DNA from: an uncultured Bacteroidales bacterium | Lineage (GTDB): Bacteria > Bacteroidota > Bacteroidia > Bacteroidales > VadinHA17 | Direction of reading: 5' to 3' | DNA: 64,000 nt | Assembly (NCBI GenBank): GCA_963732575.1 | Contig: CAVTAA010000006.1 | Span: 64,509-128,508 of the forward strand | Shown: piece by piece, positions 40,562-50,750 of the stretch | How positions within the stretch are numbered: the first letter of the stretch is position 1 | How the letters are laid out: every line of letters begins with the position of its first letter | Notes under the pieces: generated by a model | Told to the model about the DNA's origin: nothing | What the model saw: only the letters and a program-made list of their open reading frames with translations | The model's database searches: none | Translations under genes and position numbers: made by a program

Positions 40562-41423
40562 AAAATCATTTGCAGCGATGGTCGCAGAGCTCATAAAATG
40601 GAAGCTCTCACTGGCAGTCGTTTTCTCAGCAGCTACCGGCTACCTGCTTTCCTCCGGAGGAGCTGACGGTGGCCTGTTGGTGGTGGCAGCAGGCGTCTTT
40701 CTCCTGTCATCCGGCGCTTCAGCGCTTAACCAGTACACAGAGAGGCGCATTGATGCCATTATGGACAGGACTGCAGGCAGGCCTCTGCCTTCGGGACAGA
40801 TGACACCCTTCACTGCTGTTGCTGTCGCCATTGTGCTGCTTGTATCCGGCAGCCTCGTGCTCGGCTTCGTAGGCCTTATGCCATTATTCCTTGGCCTGTT
40901 AAATGTGCTACTGTATAATGTCATCTACACAGGCCTAAAGAAACGGACTACCCTGGCCATTGTCCCCGGGGCGCTGGTTGGAGCCATCCCTCCTCTTATC
41001 GGGTATACAGCGGCGGGAGGTGTAATGACCGATACAGTAATCCTGCTTTTCTCTTTATTTATGTTCCTCTGGCAGATGCCTCATTTCTGGCTGCTTCTGG
41101 TCAGGTACGGCAGTGAATACGAAAAAGCGGGCATAAAAACCCTGTACAGCACAATGGATGCTGAAAAGATAAAACGCCTGGTATTGGTTTGGATCATTGC
41201 ATCATCACTGGCGCTCTGGATCCTTGGCGGCATTTTCATGCCCCTGCCGGCTTATGCCATCGTATCGCTGCTGGGCTTCAATATTGCATTTATTCTTTTA
41301 TTCCGGAAGATCCTGAACCTCCCCGAAACCGGGCAAAGGTCGAAATATGCCTTTATCCTGATAAATTCCTTTTCGATCCTGGTGATGATTATTCTCATCA
41401 CCGTTTCATTATTCGGTCTCTAA
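40551..41423 (+). CDS. cyoE: Protoheme IX farnesyltransferase (heme O synthase)
   Basis: This 290-aa UbiA-family protein has ALNQYTERRIDAIMDRTAGRPLPSG and ..MPHFWLL.. motifs. Confidence 0.9.
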   Translation: MPDKKSFAAMVAELIKWKLSLAVVFSAATGYLLSSGGADGGLLVVAAGVFLLSSGASALNQYTERRIDAIMDRTAGRPLPSGQMTPFTAVAVAIVLLVSGSLVLGFVGLMPLFLGLLNVLLYNVIYTGLKKRTTLAIVPGALVGAIPPLIGYTAAGGVMTDTVILLFSLFMFLWQMPHFWLLLVRYGSEYEKAGIKTLYSTMDAEKIKRLVLVWIIASSLALWILGGIFMPLPAYAIVSLLGFNIAFILLFRKILNLPETGQRSKYAFILINSFSILVMIILITVSLFGL

Positions 41424-41440
41424 TTTTTAAATCGAAACAT

Positions 41441-43010
41441 ATGAAGAATATTCTCTCAACTATGCTGGCGTTGCTGATGGTCATTTCAGCTTACTCACAG
41501 CCAATCACATCTCCTGAAATAGACAGCCTGGTCAACCTGACAATGAAGGTCTTTAACGTACCCGGTATTGCAGTTGCAGTTGTGAAGGATGACAAGGTGA
41601 TCCATATGAAGGGCTACGGCGTCAGCTCGATAGCCACCGGAAAGAAGACGGATGAAAACACCCTCTTTGCCATCGCATCAAATTCCAAGGCATTCACCTC
41701 GGCTGCACTGGGCATTCTGGTCGATGAAGGGAAGCTGACATGGAGCACAAAGGTCATTGACATTATTCCCGAATTCAGGCTATATAACGCTTATGTGACA
41801 GAGGATTTCAATATCAAGGATTTGCTCACCCACAGGAGCGGCATGGGCCTCGGGGCCGGTGATCTGATGATGTGGCCCGACTTCGGCATCATTTTCAAGA
41901 CAGGATATCATTAATAACCTCAGGTATCTCAAACAGACCTCATCATTCCGGACAAAATACGATTATGATAATCTCCTTTATGTTGTCGCGGGAGTGGTTG
42001 TTGAAAGAGTGTCAGGAACCACCTGGGAAGAATTCATCGAGGAAAGGATCATGCAGCCTCTGGGCATGACAATGTCGGCCGCATCGATCAACAGGCTTAA
42101 GGACAAGACAAATATCATTGATGCTCACGTGCCTGTTGACGGAGTCCTTCAGGTTGTAGCAAAACATGAAAGTGATGTGCATAATCCTGCCGGCGGAATA
42201 TTCAGCAGCGTGGCTGACATGAGCAAATGGGCCATCATGCAGATGAACAACGGCAAATACGGCAATAACCTTGAGAAACAAATCTTTTCAGAGGACGTGC
42301 ATACCGAGATGTGGACCCCGCAGACAATCATACCCGTCAGAGGCCGTACAACCTATAACACGCATTTTTCAGGCTACGGACTGGGGTGGGGACTGATTGA
42401 TGCCAGCGGGTACCTGCAGGCATCTCATACAGGAATGCTAATGGGTATAGTGACACAGGTGACGCTCATCCCCGAACTTAAACTTGGAATAATTGTGTTT
42501 ACAAACCAGCAGGAAGGCGCTGCCTTCACAGCAATTACCAATACAATCAAGGACAGTTACTTCGGGATAAAAGGCGTCGACAGGGTCAAGGAGTATAACG
42601 AACGGGTTCAGCGGAACCGGGCTGAGGCAAAGGAAGTCACTGACTTGGTTTGGGCAAAAATTGATGAACAGATGAAGAAAGGAACAACAAACATGAATCC
42701 TGACAGGTTTGCAGGCACCTACACTGACAAATGGTTCGGTGACATCATAATCACATCAGGTAACGGGAAGCTCAGGTTCAATTCAGTTAAATCACCCAGG
42801 CTGCGCGGAGATATGCTCTATTATACGGGCAACACCTATATTGTCAAATGGGATGACAGAGCCCTTGATGCCGATGCATTTGCTGTTTTCGCCCTTGATA
42901 AAGACGGTAAACCATCCTCGATAACGATGGAAGCCATCTCCCCGCTGACCGATTTCAGCTTTGACTTTCAGGATCTGCATTTCACTAAAAAAGAAACAAA
43001 AAATCCGTGA
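41441..43010 (+). pseudogene. Beta-lactamase-family serine hydrolase (class C/PBP-like), one +1 frameshift
   Basis: The protein has a signal peptide and the active site FAIASNSKAF (SxxK). Fragments 41441..41914 and (frame 0)..43010 join as ..MMWPDSASFSRQDIINNLRYL.. if one T is removed at TT 41882-41883. Confidence 0.8.
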
Positions 43011-43080
43011 CCGACATGCCAAAAGAAAAGATGCGACAGTGAAGCCAGGCCTGTGGATACTTCATAAAAATAATACCGAA

Positions 43081-46000
43081 ATGAAGAAGAAATTCCTGTT
43101 AGCGATCACCATTATGATAATTTCTTCAGCGCTGGTCAACAGTCAGTCATTCTTCACTCCTGATGACCACTTGCTTAACGGCTTTACAAGGAAGCTGTCA
43201 GGCCTTGATTTTGAGTATCATTCATGTATTCCCGGACTTCGTGAGAGCATTCTTGTCAGAGCTACCAGCGGCAGGGACATGATGGAGTGGGAGACGTCAC
43301 GTGTACCAGAACAAATTACGGAAAAGTACGCCACGTTTGTCTGGATAGCAGCCCTCGGGTCAAGCCCCGGATCAGCAAGAATGGATCTTTCTATCAATGG
43401 CAGGCAGAGCTTCTCGTTTTACACCGATACCCGTGCTGAGTGGGATGAAACCAGTGAGGACGGCACATCATTAAGTTTCAGGTCCATTATGACTGACCAG
43501 CATGGTGACCACCACGGATACATGATACTGCGCATTCCGTCCGGCTTGGTTCCTAAAGTTCAGCCACTGAGGCTAAGAGTGACAGGGAGTGCAGCAAACC
43601 TCAGTTCCTGGTACATGACCTTCAGGAAACCTGTCGAAACAGGTGTGACACTAAATGCGTTTCCGGCAATATTAAAAAACAATGGTAATCCTCTTCAGCT
43701 TGTTGAAGCAGCCATATTCTACTTCGGCACCCAGACAGGGGCTCAGGTCTATGCCAACGGAAAGCTGATTGAGAGTACAACCCTCAACTTCGGATATAAT
43801 GCTGTCAACCTTGGATTGCCGGAAGTGAAGAGAACATCTAAGGTCAAGCTGAAGGTTGTTACCGGCGACTTTACCCTTTCTGGGACTGTAACACTTGAAC
43901 CGGTACGGAAATGGACGATTCGATTCATCCAGCATGCCCACACTGATATTGGCTATACACGATCACAGACAGAGATACTTGCAGAGCACCTCCGATACAT
44001 TGATTACGCCCTTGATTACTGCGATGCTACTGACAGTTATCCGGACAACGCCAGGTTCCGATGGACATGTGAGGCATCATGGCCTGTTGATGAATATCTT
44101 AAATGCAGGCCTGAAGTGCAGACAGAGCGGCTGATCAGGCGAATAAAAGAAGGGCGAATTGAAGTTACGGGTATGTATTTCAACTTTGACGAAATACCTG
44201 ATGAACAGATACTTGCCGCATCACTACAATCTTTGGGCAGAATCAAAGCGCAGGGTATACCTGTAACTGTGGCAATGCAGAATGATGTAAATGGCATTGG
44301 CTGGTGCCTTAATGATTTCTATGATAAGCTTGGTGTTAAGTACCTTAATATGGGTACGCACGGACACCGGGCCCTGATCTGCTTTGACAAGCCGACGATG
44401 TTCTGGTGGGAATCTCCCTCAGGAAAACGAATGCTTACCTTCAGGGCAGAGCATTACATGACCGGTAACACAGTTATGGAGATACAATCAGGTGACCTTG
44501 ACAAGTTCAAGAACAACCTTCTTAACTACCTCATCCGTCTCAGTTCAAAGGGTTATCCCTATGATGAGATGGCGATCCAGCACTCAGGTTACCTTACAGA
44601 CAACTCCCCTCCCTCAACTTTCATGAGTGAAATGATACTTAAGTGGAATGAAATATTCGAATGGCCGCAGCTGACAACCTCCACTGCCGGAAGTTTCTTT
44701 TCAGAAATGGAAAGAGATCACGGAAATGAATTCCCGGTGATACGCGGAGCCTGGCCTGACTGGTGGACTGATGGCTTCGGGGCATCAGCCCGTGAGGTTG
44801 CAGTTGCACGAACCAGTGCAGCCTCGCTGCTGGCGAACATGACAGGGCTGTCTATGGCTGCCATTGCTGGTCTCAGTCTTCCTGAGGAGACAGGGAGAGA
44901 TATAGATATGGCAAATGAGGCACTGCTATTTTACACGGAACATACTACAGGCTATTCCGAGAGTGTTCGTGAGCCATACAGCCAGCCCACAATGGAACAG
45001 CGAGCGCTCAAAGAGTCCTATGCCTGGGAGGCTTCCCGGAGGACGGCTTCTCTTGGAGAATCAGCTTTGGGACTGCTGCAGAGTATGTTCAGAAAGGAAC
45101 AGGAAGCATCTCTGATCGTTTTTAATACTCTGAACTGGAAGAGATCAGGAGCAGCAATTGTTTATATCGATCACCAGATTATTCCACGCGGCAAAAAAGC
45201 AGGGATTTATGATAATGGCGGAAATCGCTTCGCATCCCAACCGGTATCTTCCAGGTCTGACGGCACTTACTGGGCGATCTGGTTAAATGATATCCCGGCA
45301 TTCGGATACAAGAAATTCCTGATAAGACCGGAAGATGAAGTATCAGTGCCAGTACCGGCACCTTCTGACAACGTTCTGGAAAACGGGTGGTACAGGATAC
45401 TGACAGACAACTCCCGCGGGACGGTTAAATCGCTGTATGATAAGGAGCTTTCACTGGAGCTGGTTGATCAGGATGCACAGTACACACTTGGCGAGTTCAT
45501 CCTTGAACAACTTGGCAACAGGGCACAGATGGAAAGCAAAATGCTTAACGATTTTAAAAGATCACCGCTTGATACTGTCTGGTTTGATTCAGCAACCACC
45601 GGAGAATTATGGAACAGTATCCGGTTTTACGGCGAATCAGAAACATCAATCGGTCCGCGCGGCTACTCATTTGAAATAAGACTTTACAACACGGAAAAAC
45701 GGGTCGAATTGGTATGTTCGATCATCAAAAAGAGTATAACAGAACCTGAAAGCTTCTACATTGCCTTCCCCTTTGCAGTCAGAAATGGCAAACACTACAC
45801 TGAAGTCGCCGGAGGCGTGATCGAAACCGGCAGGGATCAGATCAGGGGTTCGTCGAACGACTGGTACACAGTGCAAAATTTTACAGCCGTGCGCAACGAT
45901 GAGATGCAGGTCGTTTTTGGATGCGGTGAGATGCCCCTGATGCAGTTCGGCGCCATAAATACAGGCAGGTATGAGGCAGGAGCTGTGCCCCAGACAACCC

Positions 46001-46449
46001 ATCTTTATTCATGGCCTATGAACAATTACTGGGTGACCAATTTCAATGCCGACCAGCGCGGAGGGCATTCATGGACATATTACCTGACCTCATCCCGTGA
46101 TAACACTGACATCACAGCTGCACGCTTCGGATGGAGTGCCAGGGTCCCTCTGCTGACACGTATAATTCCCGGTGACGGACCCGGTGATAACCTCTGGGAG
46201 GGATCATTCGTCGAGGGGTGGCCATCAAATATAATATTAATAAGTGCCAGACCTGATGAAGGGGGAAAAACCGTGATCCTCCATCTAAGAGAAACAGGAG
46301 GAGAAGACACGACGCTGGCTCTCACGAACGGCATAACCGGTCAGCGCCTAACAATAACTGAGGTGGACGTTACCGGCAAAACCGTTTCTAATTCTTCAAC
46401 GAAAATAGGCGGGTTTAAGTCAAGGTTTTACAAAATCACGTTACCCTAG
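43081..46449 (+). CDS. Large secreted glycoside hydrolase, GH38 (alpha-mannosidase)-like
   Basis: This is an intact 1122-aa ORF starting at ATG 43081 (MKKKFLLAITIMIISSALVNSQ). FIQHAHTDIGYT resembles the GH38 N-terminal metal-binding HxHxD motif. The size and domain order fit, but the family call needs an HMM check. Confidence 0.6.
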   Translation: MKKKFLLAITIMIISSALVNSQSFFTPDDHLLNGFTRKLSGLDFEYHSCIPGLRESILVRATSGRDMMEWETSRVPEQITEKYATFVWIAALGSSPGSARMDLSINGRQSFSFYTDTRAEWDETSEDGTSLSFRSIMTDQHGDHHGYMILRIPSGLVPKVQPLRLRVTGSAANLSSWYMTFRKPVETGVTLNAFPAILKNNGNPLQLVEAAIFYFGTQTGAQVYANGKLIESTTLNFGYNAVNLGLPEVKRTSKVKLKVVTGDFTLSGTVTLEPVRKWTIRFIQHAHTDIGYTRSQTEILAEHLRYIDYALDYCDATDSYPDNARFRWTCEASWPVDEYLKCRPEVQTERLIRRIKEGRIEVTGMYFNFDEIPDEQILAASLQSLGRIKAQGIPVTVAMQNDVNGIGWCLNDFYDKLGVKYLNMGTHGHRALICFDKPTMFWWESPSGKRMLTFRAEHYMTGNTVMEIQSGDLDKFKNNLLNYLIRLSSKGYPYDEMAIQHSGYLTDNSPPSTFMSEMILKWNEIFEWPQLTTSTAGSFFSEMERDHGNEFPVIRGAWPDWWTDGFGASAREVAVARTSAASLLANMTGLSMAAIAGLSLPEETGRDIDMANEALLFYTEHTTGYSESVREPYSQPTMEQRALKESYAWEASRRTASLGESALGLLQSMFRKEQEASLIVFNTLNWKRSGAAIVYIDHQIIPRGKKAGIYDNGGNRFASQPVSSRSDGTYWAIWLNDIPAFGYKKFLIRPEDEVSVPVPAPSDNVLENGWYRILTDNSRGTVKSLYDKELSLELVDQDAQYTLGEFILEQLGNRAQMESKMLNDFKRSPLDTVWFDSATTGELWNSIRFYGESETSIGPRGYSFEIRLYNTEKRVELVCSIIKKSITEPESFYIAFPFAVRNGKHYTEVAGGVIETGRDQIRGSSNDWYTVQNFTAVRNDEMQVVFGCGEMPLMQFGAINTGRYEAGAVPQTTHLYSWPMNNYWVTNFNADQRGGHSWTYYLTSSRDNTDITAARFGWSARVPLLTRIIPGDGPGDNLWEGSFVEGWPSNIILISARPDEGGKTVILHLRETGGEDTTLALTNGITGQRLTITEVDVTGKTVSNSSTKIGGFKSRFYKITLP

Positions 46450-46658
46450 ACCATTGTTTAACATTCAGGTAACCGTAAGCTCGCAATAAATCAATCAGGA
46501 GACAAGGAAATCTGCCGGAACCGCCGTTCCGACAACAAATGAATCCCTGGGGAGGCCTTTCAGTCCTGCGCTTGCTGCTTCCCATGGTGAGTATATTTAT
46601 GACTTGCATTGTTAAAAGAGATTACAATTTACACAAAATTATCACGACGGGAAAATTA

Positions 46659-46666
46659 TATCTTTG
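46659..46666 (+). promoter_or_regulatory. Candidate -7 promoter box (TAnnTTTG) for the nagA operon
   Basis: TATCTTTG at 46659-46666 starts 46 nt upstream of ATG 46705. It is followed by the perfect 10-bp palindrome AGTTGCAACT at 46673-46682. Confidence 0.3.
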
Positions 46667-46704
46667 GGGGGCAGTTGCAACTTTTTTTAAAGCCGCCTTT
46701 TAAT

Positions 46705-47818
46705 ATGCACACAGCCTTAATCAATGCGACCTTCTTCACCAGCAGAGAGATGATAAGTGACAGGGCACTCCTTATCTCGGGTGACAGGATCACAGGATTT
46801 TCTGATTTATCATCATTGTCTCCCGATGTAAAGACTGTTGACTGCAGGGGCTTCTGGTTGCACCCGGTCATATCGATCTGCAGATTGCAGGTGGTGGCGG
46901 ATATCTTTTTTCAGCCAATACCTCACCCGAGGCCCTGGAGGCCATCACAGCGGCTATCCTCAGCAGTGGTACGACCGGCTTCCTCCTGGCTCTTCCGACA
47001 AATACCGATGAAGTCATGAGCAGTGCATTCAAAACCATCAGGGAGAATCCTCACCCGGCGGTCATGGGGCTGCATCTCGAAGGTCCGTACATAAGTATCG
47101 CAAAGAGAGGCGCTCATGTCAGAGAGCTTATCAGGCGCCCGACAGTATCAGGGTTGACGGCGCTCCTTAAAGGAGGCTAGACGGCATCATTAAAATGATG
47201 ACAGTGGCTCCTGAAGTATGCACCCCTGAGATAATCAGCATACTCAGGGATCATGGGGTGACTGTTGCCGCAGGCCACAGTAATGCCACCTTCAGGGAGG
47301 CCACTGACGGGTTCATCCATGGCATCGAGACAACCACGCATCTCTTTAATGCCATGTCGCCACTGCATCACCGTGACCCCGGTCTCCCGGGTGCGGTCTT
47401 CAACTCTGATAAAGCCTGTGCAAGCATCATTGCCGATGGCATTCATGTGGACTACACAGTGCTGACAATGGCCAAGAAGATCATGAAGGAGAGGCTCTTC
47501 CTGATCTCGGATGCCGTTGAAGAAAATGATCACGGTGCTTATCAGCATGTGAGACAAAATGATCGCTACACGTTGCCTGACGGAACACTCTCAGGCTCAA
47601 AGCTGACAATGCACACAGCTGTAAAAAACTGCATCACTCACGCCGGCATCTCATCTGAAGAGGCGTTAAGGATGGCCTCCCTCTACCCTGCACAGCTGAT
47701 CAAGGCATCTGACCGCGGTGTTATCTCTCCAGGAGCCAGGGCCGATCTCATCGTGATGGACAGTGATCTTGACCTGAAAGGGATATTTTTTAATGAGAAA
47801 ATGACATTAATAAACTGA
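46705..47818 (+). pseudogene. nagA: N-acetylglucosamine-6-phosphate deacetylase, two -1 frameshifts
   Basis: Three frames carry ..CRGF / LVAPGHIDLQIAGGGGYLFS..GLHLEGPYIS / ..MMTVAPE..AAGHSNAT..THLFNAMS..IADGIHV..LISDA, which is colinear with E. coli-type NagA (IDVQLNGCGG variant). The shifts lie at TT 46852-46853 and near 47175. Confidence 0.85.
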
Positions 47819-47822
47819 TATT

Positions 47823-48790
47823 ATGGCACTGCTGGGAATAGACCTCGGAGGAACAAAAACAGCGTTTGCACTTGTTGACAACGCAGGCAATATTATTGCA
47901 AAAGAGACGCTTGCCATCGGCAACCGAAGGGGAACGGAGGTCGGCAATCTGATTACTGTCACTGCAGCCCTGTTGCTGGCGCAGGCAGGCAGACATGGTG
48001 ACCCTGTGGAGGCAATCGGCATTTCAGTACCCGGTATAAGCCGCCAGGAAAAGGGGACAGTATGGGCGCCCAATATACCCGGATGGGATGACTACCCTCT
48101 GATGAAAGAAGTAAGAACCGTGGCTGAGCAATTGCCTGTTTTAATCGCAAGTGACAGGGCGTGCTATATCTCGGGTGAGGTATGGAAAGGAAATGCCCGC
48201 GGATGCAAGGATGCGATATACCTGGCTATAGGCACGGGAATAGGCGCGGGTATCCTGGTCAACGGGGAGGTACTCCGCGGAGCAGACAATATTGCAGGCG
48301 CCATTGGATGGATGGCGCTGAACAGACCTTTTAAGAGCAGGTATGCCGTCTGTGGCTGTTTTGAATATTATGCATCAGGTGAGGGTATTGCCAGGCAAGC
48401 AACCGAGTATCTCCAGAAACATATTGCCTACGAAGGTGAGATGAGGGCAGATGACGCAGGGAAGGTAACAACACAGGATGTCTTTTCTGCATATCATACC
48501 GGTGATTCGGTTGCCGCCGAAATAATACAGCAGGCTGTAGAGTACTGGGGTATGGCTGCAGCCAACCTTGTCAGCCTGTTCAATCCTGAAAAGATAATCT
48601 TCGGAGGCGGAGTGTTCGGACCGGCCTCAGAGCTTATTCCCGACATAAGACATGAAGCAGAGAAATGGGCTCAGCCGATAAGCATGAAAAAGGTGAGCTT
48701 TCGAAGCGTCAGCGCTGGCAGGTGATGCCGGCGTTTATGGGGCCGGTTTCCTCGCAAAGAAATTTCTTGACGATCTTAAACAGAATAAAT
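47823..48790 (+). pseudogene. ROK family sugar kinase (GlcNAc/glucose kinase-like), frameshift in the last ~25 codons
   Basis: LLGIDLGGTKTAFALVD is the ATPase motif and CGCFEYYASG is the ROK zinc motif region. The tail ..ALAGDAGVYGAGFLAKKFLDDLKQNK lies in another frame and ends at 48790. Confidence 0.8.
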
Positions 48791-49961
48791 GACCAGGGTA
48801 TATAACCGCAGACCGGTCTTCTGGTCAGCATGTCTCGGCATGCTTCTCTTTGGCATTGCCCTGCTTACCCTGGGCTCCGTGCTGCCGGACCTTATGGTCA
48901 AACATTCCCTCGATGCCGTTGAGGCAGGAACGCTGTTCTCAATCATGCCCCTGGGAATAATCGGAGGGTCGCTGCTCTTCGGGCCGGTCTGCGACAGGTA
49001 CGGATACAAACCCCTGCTTGTCATTTCTTCGCTGTTGATGTTTACCGGTTTTGAGGGACTGGCTCTTACAGGGACTACGGGGCTACTGATCATCTCCGTT
49101 CTGCTTATAGGGCTGGGTGGCGGAGCCATCAACGGGGCCACCAATGCCGTCGTGGCGGACATAAGCACTACCGGCAAGGGCGCTGACCTGAGCCTCCTCG
49201 GGGTGTTCTTCGGGATAGGGGCTCTGGGGATGCCGCTGTTGCTGAGCATCCTTGAGAGATCAGTTGGTTTTGAAGTTATTATATCTGCTACCGGATTCCT
49301 TGCCCTGTTGGCTGGACTTATCTTCTTCGTCGTTGTCTTCCCTCCTGCCAAGCAGTCCGGGGGCATCTCAATGAAAATGATAAAAGAGCTTCTCAGGGAC
49401 AGGGTGATCCTGCTGATTGCCTCCTTCCTATTCTTCCAGAGCGCATTCGAAGGTCTCATCAACAACTGGACAACCACCTATCTTATTGACCAGCTCTCTG
49501 TTTCACAAAGCAGCGCCCTTATAGCGCTGTCATCGTATGTTGCCGGGATGACAGTCATGAGATTGGTCATCGGCAGCGTAATCAGGAATGTGCCTGAGCA
49601 GAAATTGCTTTTTACATCATTCCTGATAATATTTGTGGCGTTGGTCATCTTAAGCCTCAGCAGCTCAATAGGTATGGCAGCAGCTGCCTTTGCTCTGCTT
49701 GGGACTGGTCTCGCCGCCGGTTTTCCGACCATGCTCGGGATTGTGGGAAACAGGTATCCTGACATCTCCGGCACCGCTTTCAGCTTCGTTATGGCCGTCG
49801 CCCTCATCGGGAATATACTGGTAAACTATTCTATGGGTCAGGTGGCAGAGAACTACGGCATTAGCCACCTCACCACCTTTACATTTGCTGAGGTGGCTGT
49901 GCTTGTGATCCTCGCCCTGCTGATCTTCAGAAAATCGAAATACTATCAATATAAATCATAA
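48789..49961 (+). CDS. MFS transporter (sugar permease-like)
   Basis: The 390-aa protein has about 12 TM helices and the FGPVCDRYGYKP loop motif between TM2 and TM3. Its start overlaps the ROK stop. Confidence 0.8.
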   Translation: MTRVYNRRPVFWSACLGMLLFGIALLTLGSVLPDLMVKHSLDAVEAGTLFSIMPLGIIGGSLLFGPVCDRYGYKPLLVISSLLMFTGFEGLALTGTTGLLIISVLLIGLGGGAINGATNAVVADISTTGKGADLSLLGVFFGIGALGMPLLLSILERSVGFEVIISATGFLALLAGLIFFVVVFPPAKQSGGISMKMIKELLRDRVILLIASFLFFQSAFEGLINNWTTTYLIDQLSVSQSSALIALSSYVAGMTVMRLVIGSVIRNVPEQKLLFTSFLIIFVALVILSLSSSIGMAAAAFALLGTGLAAGFPTMLGIVGNRYPDISGTAFSFVMAVALIGNILVNYSMGQVAENYGISHLTTFTFAEVAVLVILALLIFRKSKYYQYKS

Positions 49962-49973
49962 TATTTAGAAAGC

Positions 49974-50735
49974 ATGTTAGCAAATGAATGGCTGAAGAAT
50001 ACCAGGGATGTCATGTCCCGGATTGAAGAAACGCAGATGGAGAATATTCAAAAGGCGGCTGCCGTGATGGCTGATACAATTGAGTGCGGCAGGTGGGTTC
50101 ATACTTTTGGCTGCGGTCACGCCACCCTGCCCATCGAGGAGATGTATCCGCGGATCGGCGGGTTTGTAGGGTTTCATCCGATGATAGAGATCCCCCTGAG
50201 TTTCTTCACTCACATAACGGGTGAGATGGGAGTGCATCAGTTCGTCTTCCTTGAGAGGGTTGAAGGTTACGGCGTGGAGATCATGAAGGGTTACACCTTC
50301 GACAGTCGCGATACCATGTGGCTCTTCTCCCATTCCGGGATTAACAATGTGAATATTGACATAGCCCTTGAGTCGAAGAAAAAAGGAATGAAGGTTGTCG
50401 TATTTGGTTCCGCGGCAGCAGCCACTGGGAAGAAGACAAGGCACTCCTCAGGCAAGACCATTTTTGATATAGCGGATATTGTGGTTGACACCTGTGCCCC
50501 TGCTGAGGATGCTTCAGTCAGGCTTAAGAATCATCAGGACAAGATAGGTCCCGTTTCGACCATGGCCTTCGTCACATGCGTCTGGATGACGATAACAACA
50601 GTGGCTGAGATACTTGCCGACAGGGGAGTGAAGCTTTATATTCATCCTTCACATAATGTGCCGGGAGACACCACGGCAAGGGAACGGCTTGACGAGGCGC
50701 TGGCGGAGTACAAGCAGAGAATTGCCGGAGTGTAA
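49974..50735 (+). CDS. Single SIS (sugar isomerase) domain protein, UPF0309-like
   Basis: The 253-aa protein has ..VHTFGCGHA.. and ..WLFSHSGINNVNID.. in a flavodoxin-like SIS pattern. The family name is from memory and is not a search result. Confidence 0.65.
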   Translation: MLANEWLKNTRDVMSRIEETQMENIQKAAAVMADTIECGRWVHTFGCGHATLPIEEMYPRIGGFVGFHPMIEIPLSFFTHITGEMGVHQFVFLERVEGYGVEIMKGYTFDSRDTMWLFSHSGINNVNIDIALESKKKGMKVVVFGSAAAATGKKTRHSSGKTIFDIADIVVDTCAPAEDASVRLKNHQDKIGPVSTMAFVTCVWMTITTVAEILADRGVKLYIHPSHNVPGDTTARERLDEALAEYKQRIAGV

Positions 50736-50750
50736 TTACCAGCAGACGCT

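Noticed and set aside
41189-41440. Upstream extensions of listed ORFs: 41189..41914 running through the end of cyoE, and 42961..43080 ahead of the GH38-like gene.
   Set aside because: The extensions overlap the preceding, well-supported genes. Internal ATGs at 41441 and 43081 are followed by classical signal peptides, so these are the likely true starts.
48776-49477. A 233-aa minus-strand ORF antisense to the MFS transporter. Similar antisense ORFs occur at 24467..25033, 54752..55468, 63064..63666 and 9351..9716.
   Set aside because: All lie fully inside plus-strand genes that have clear family signatures. Their translations are Ser/Pro/Arg-rich with no recognisable domains. They are typical antisense artefacts.
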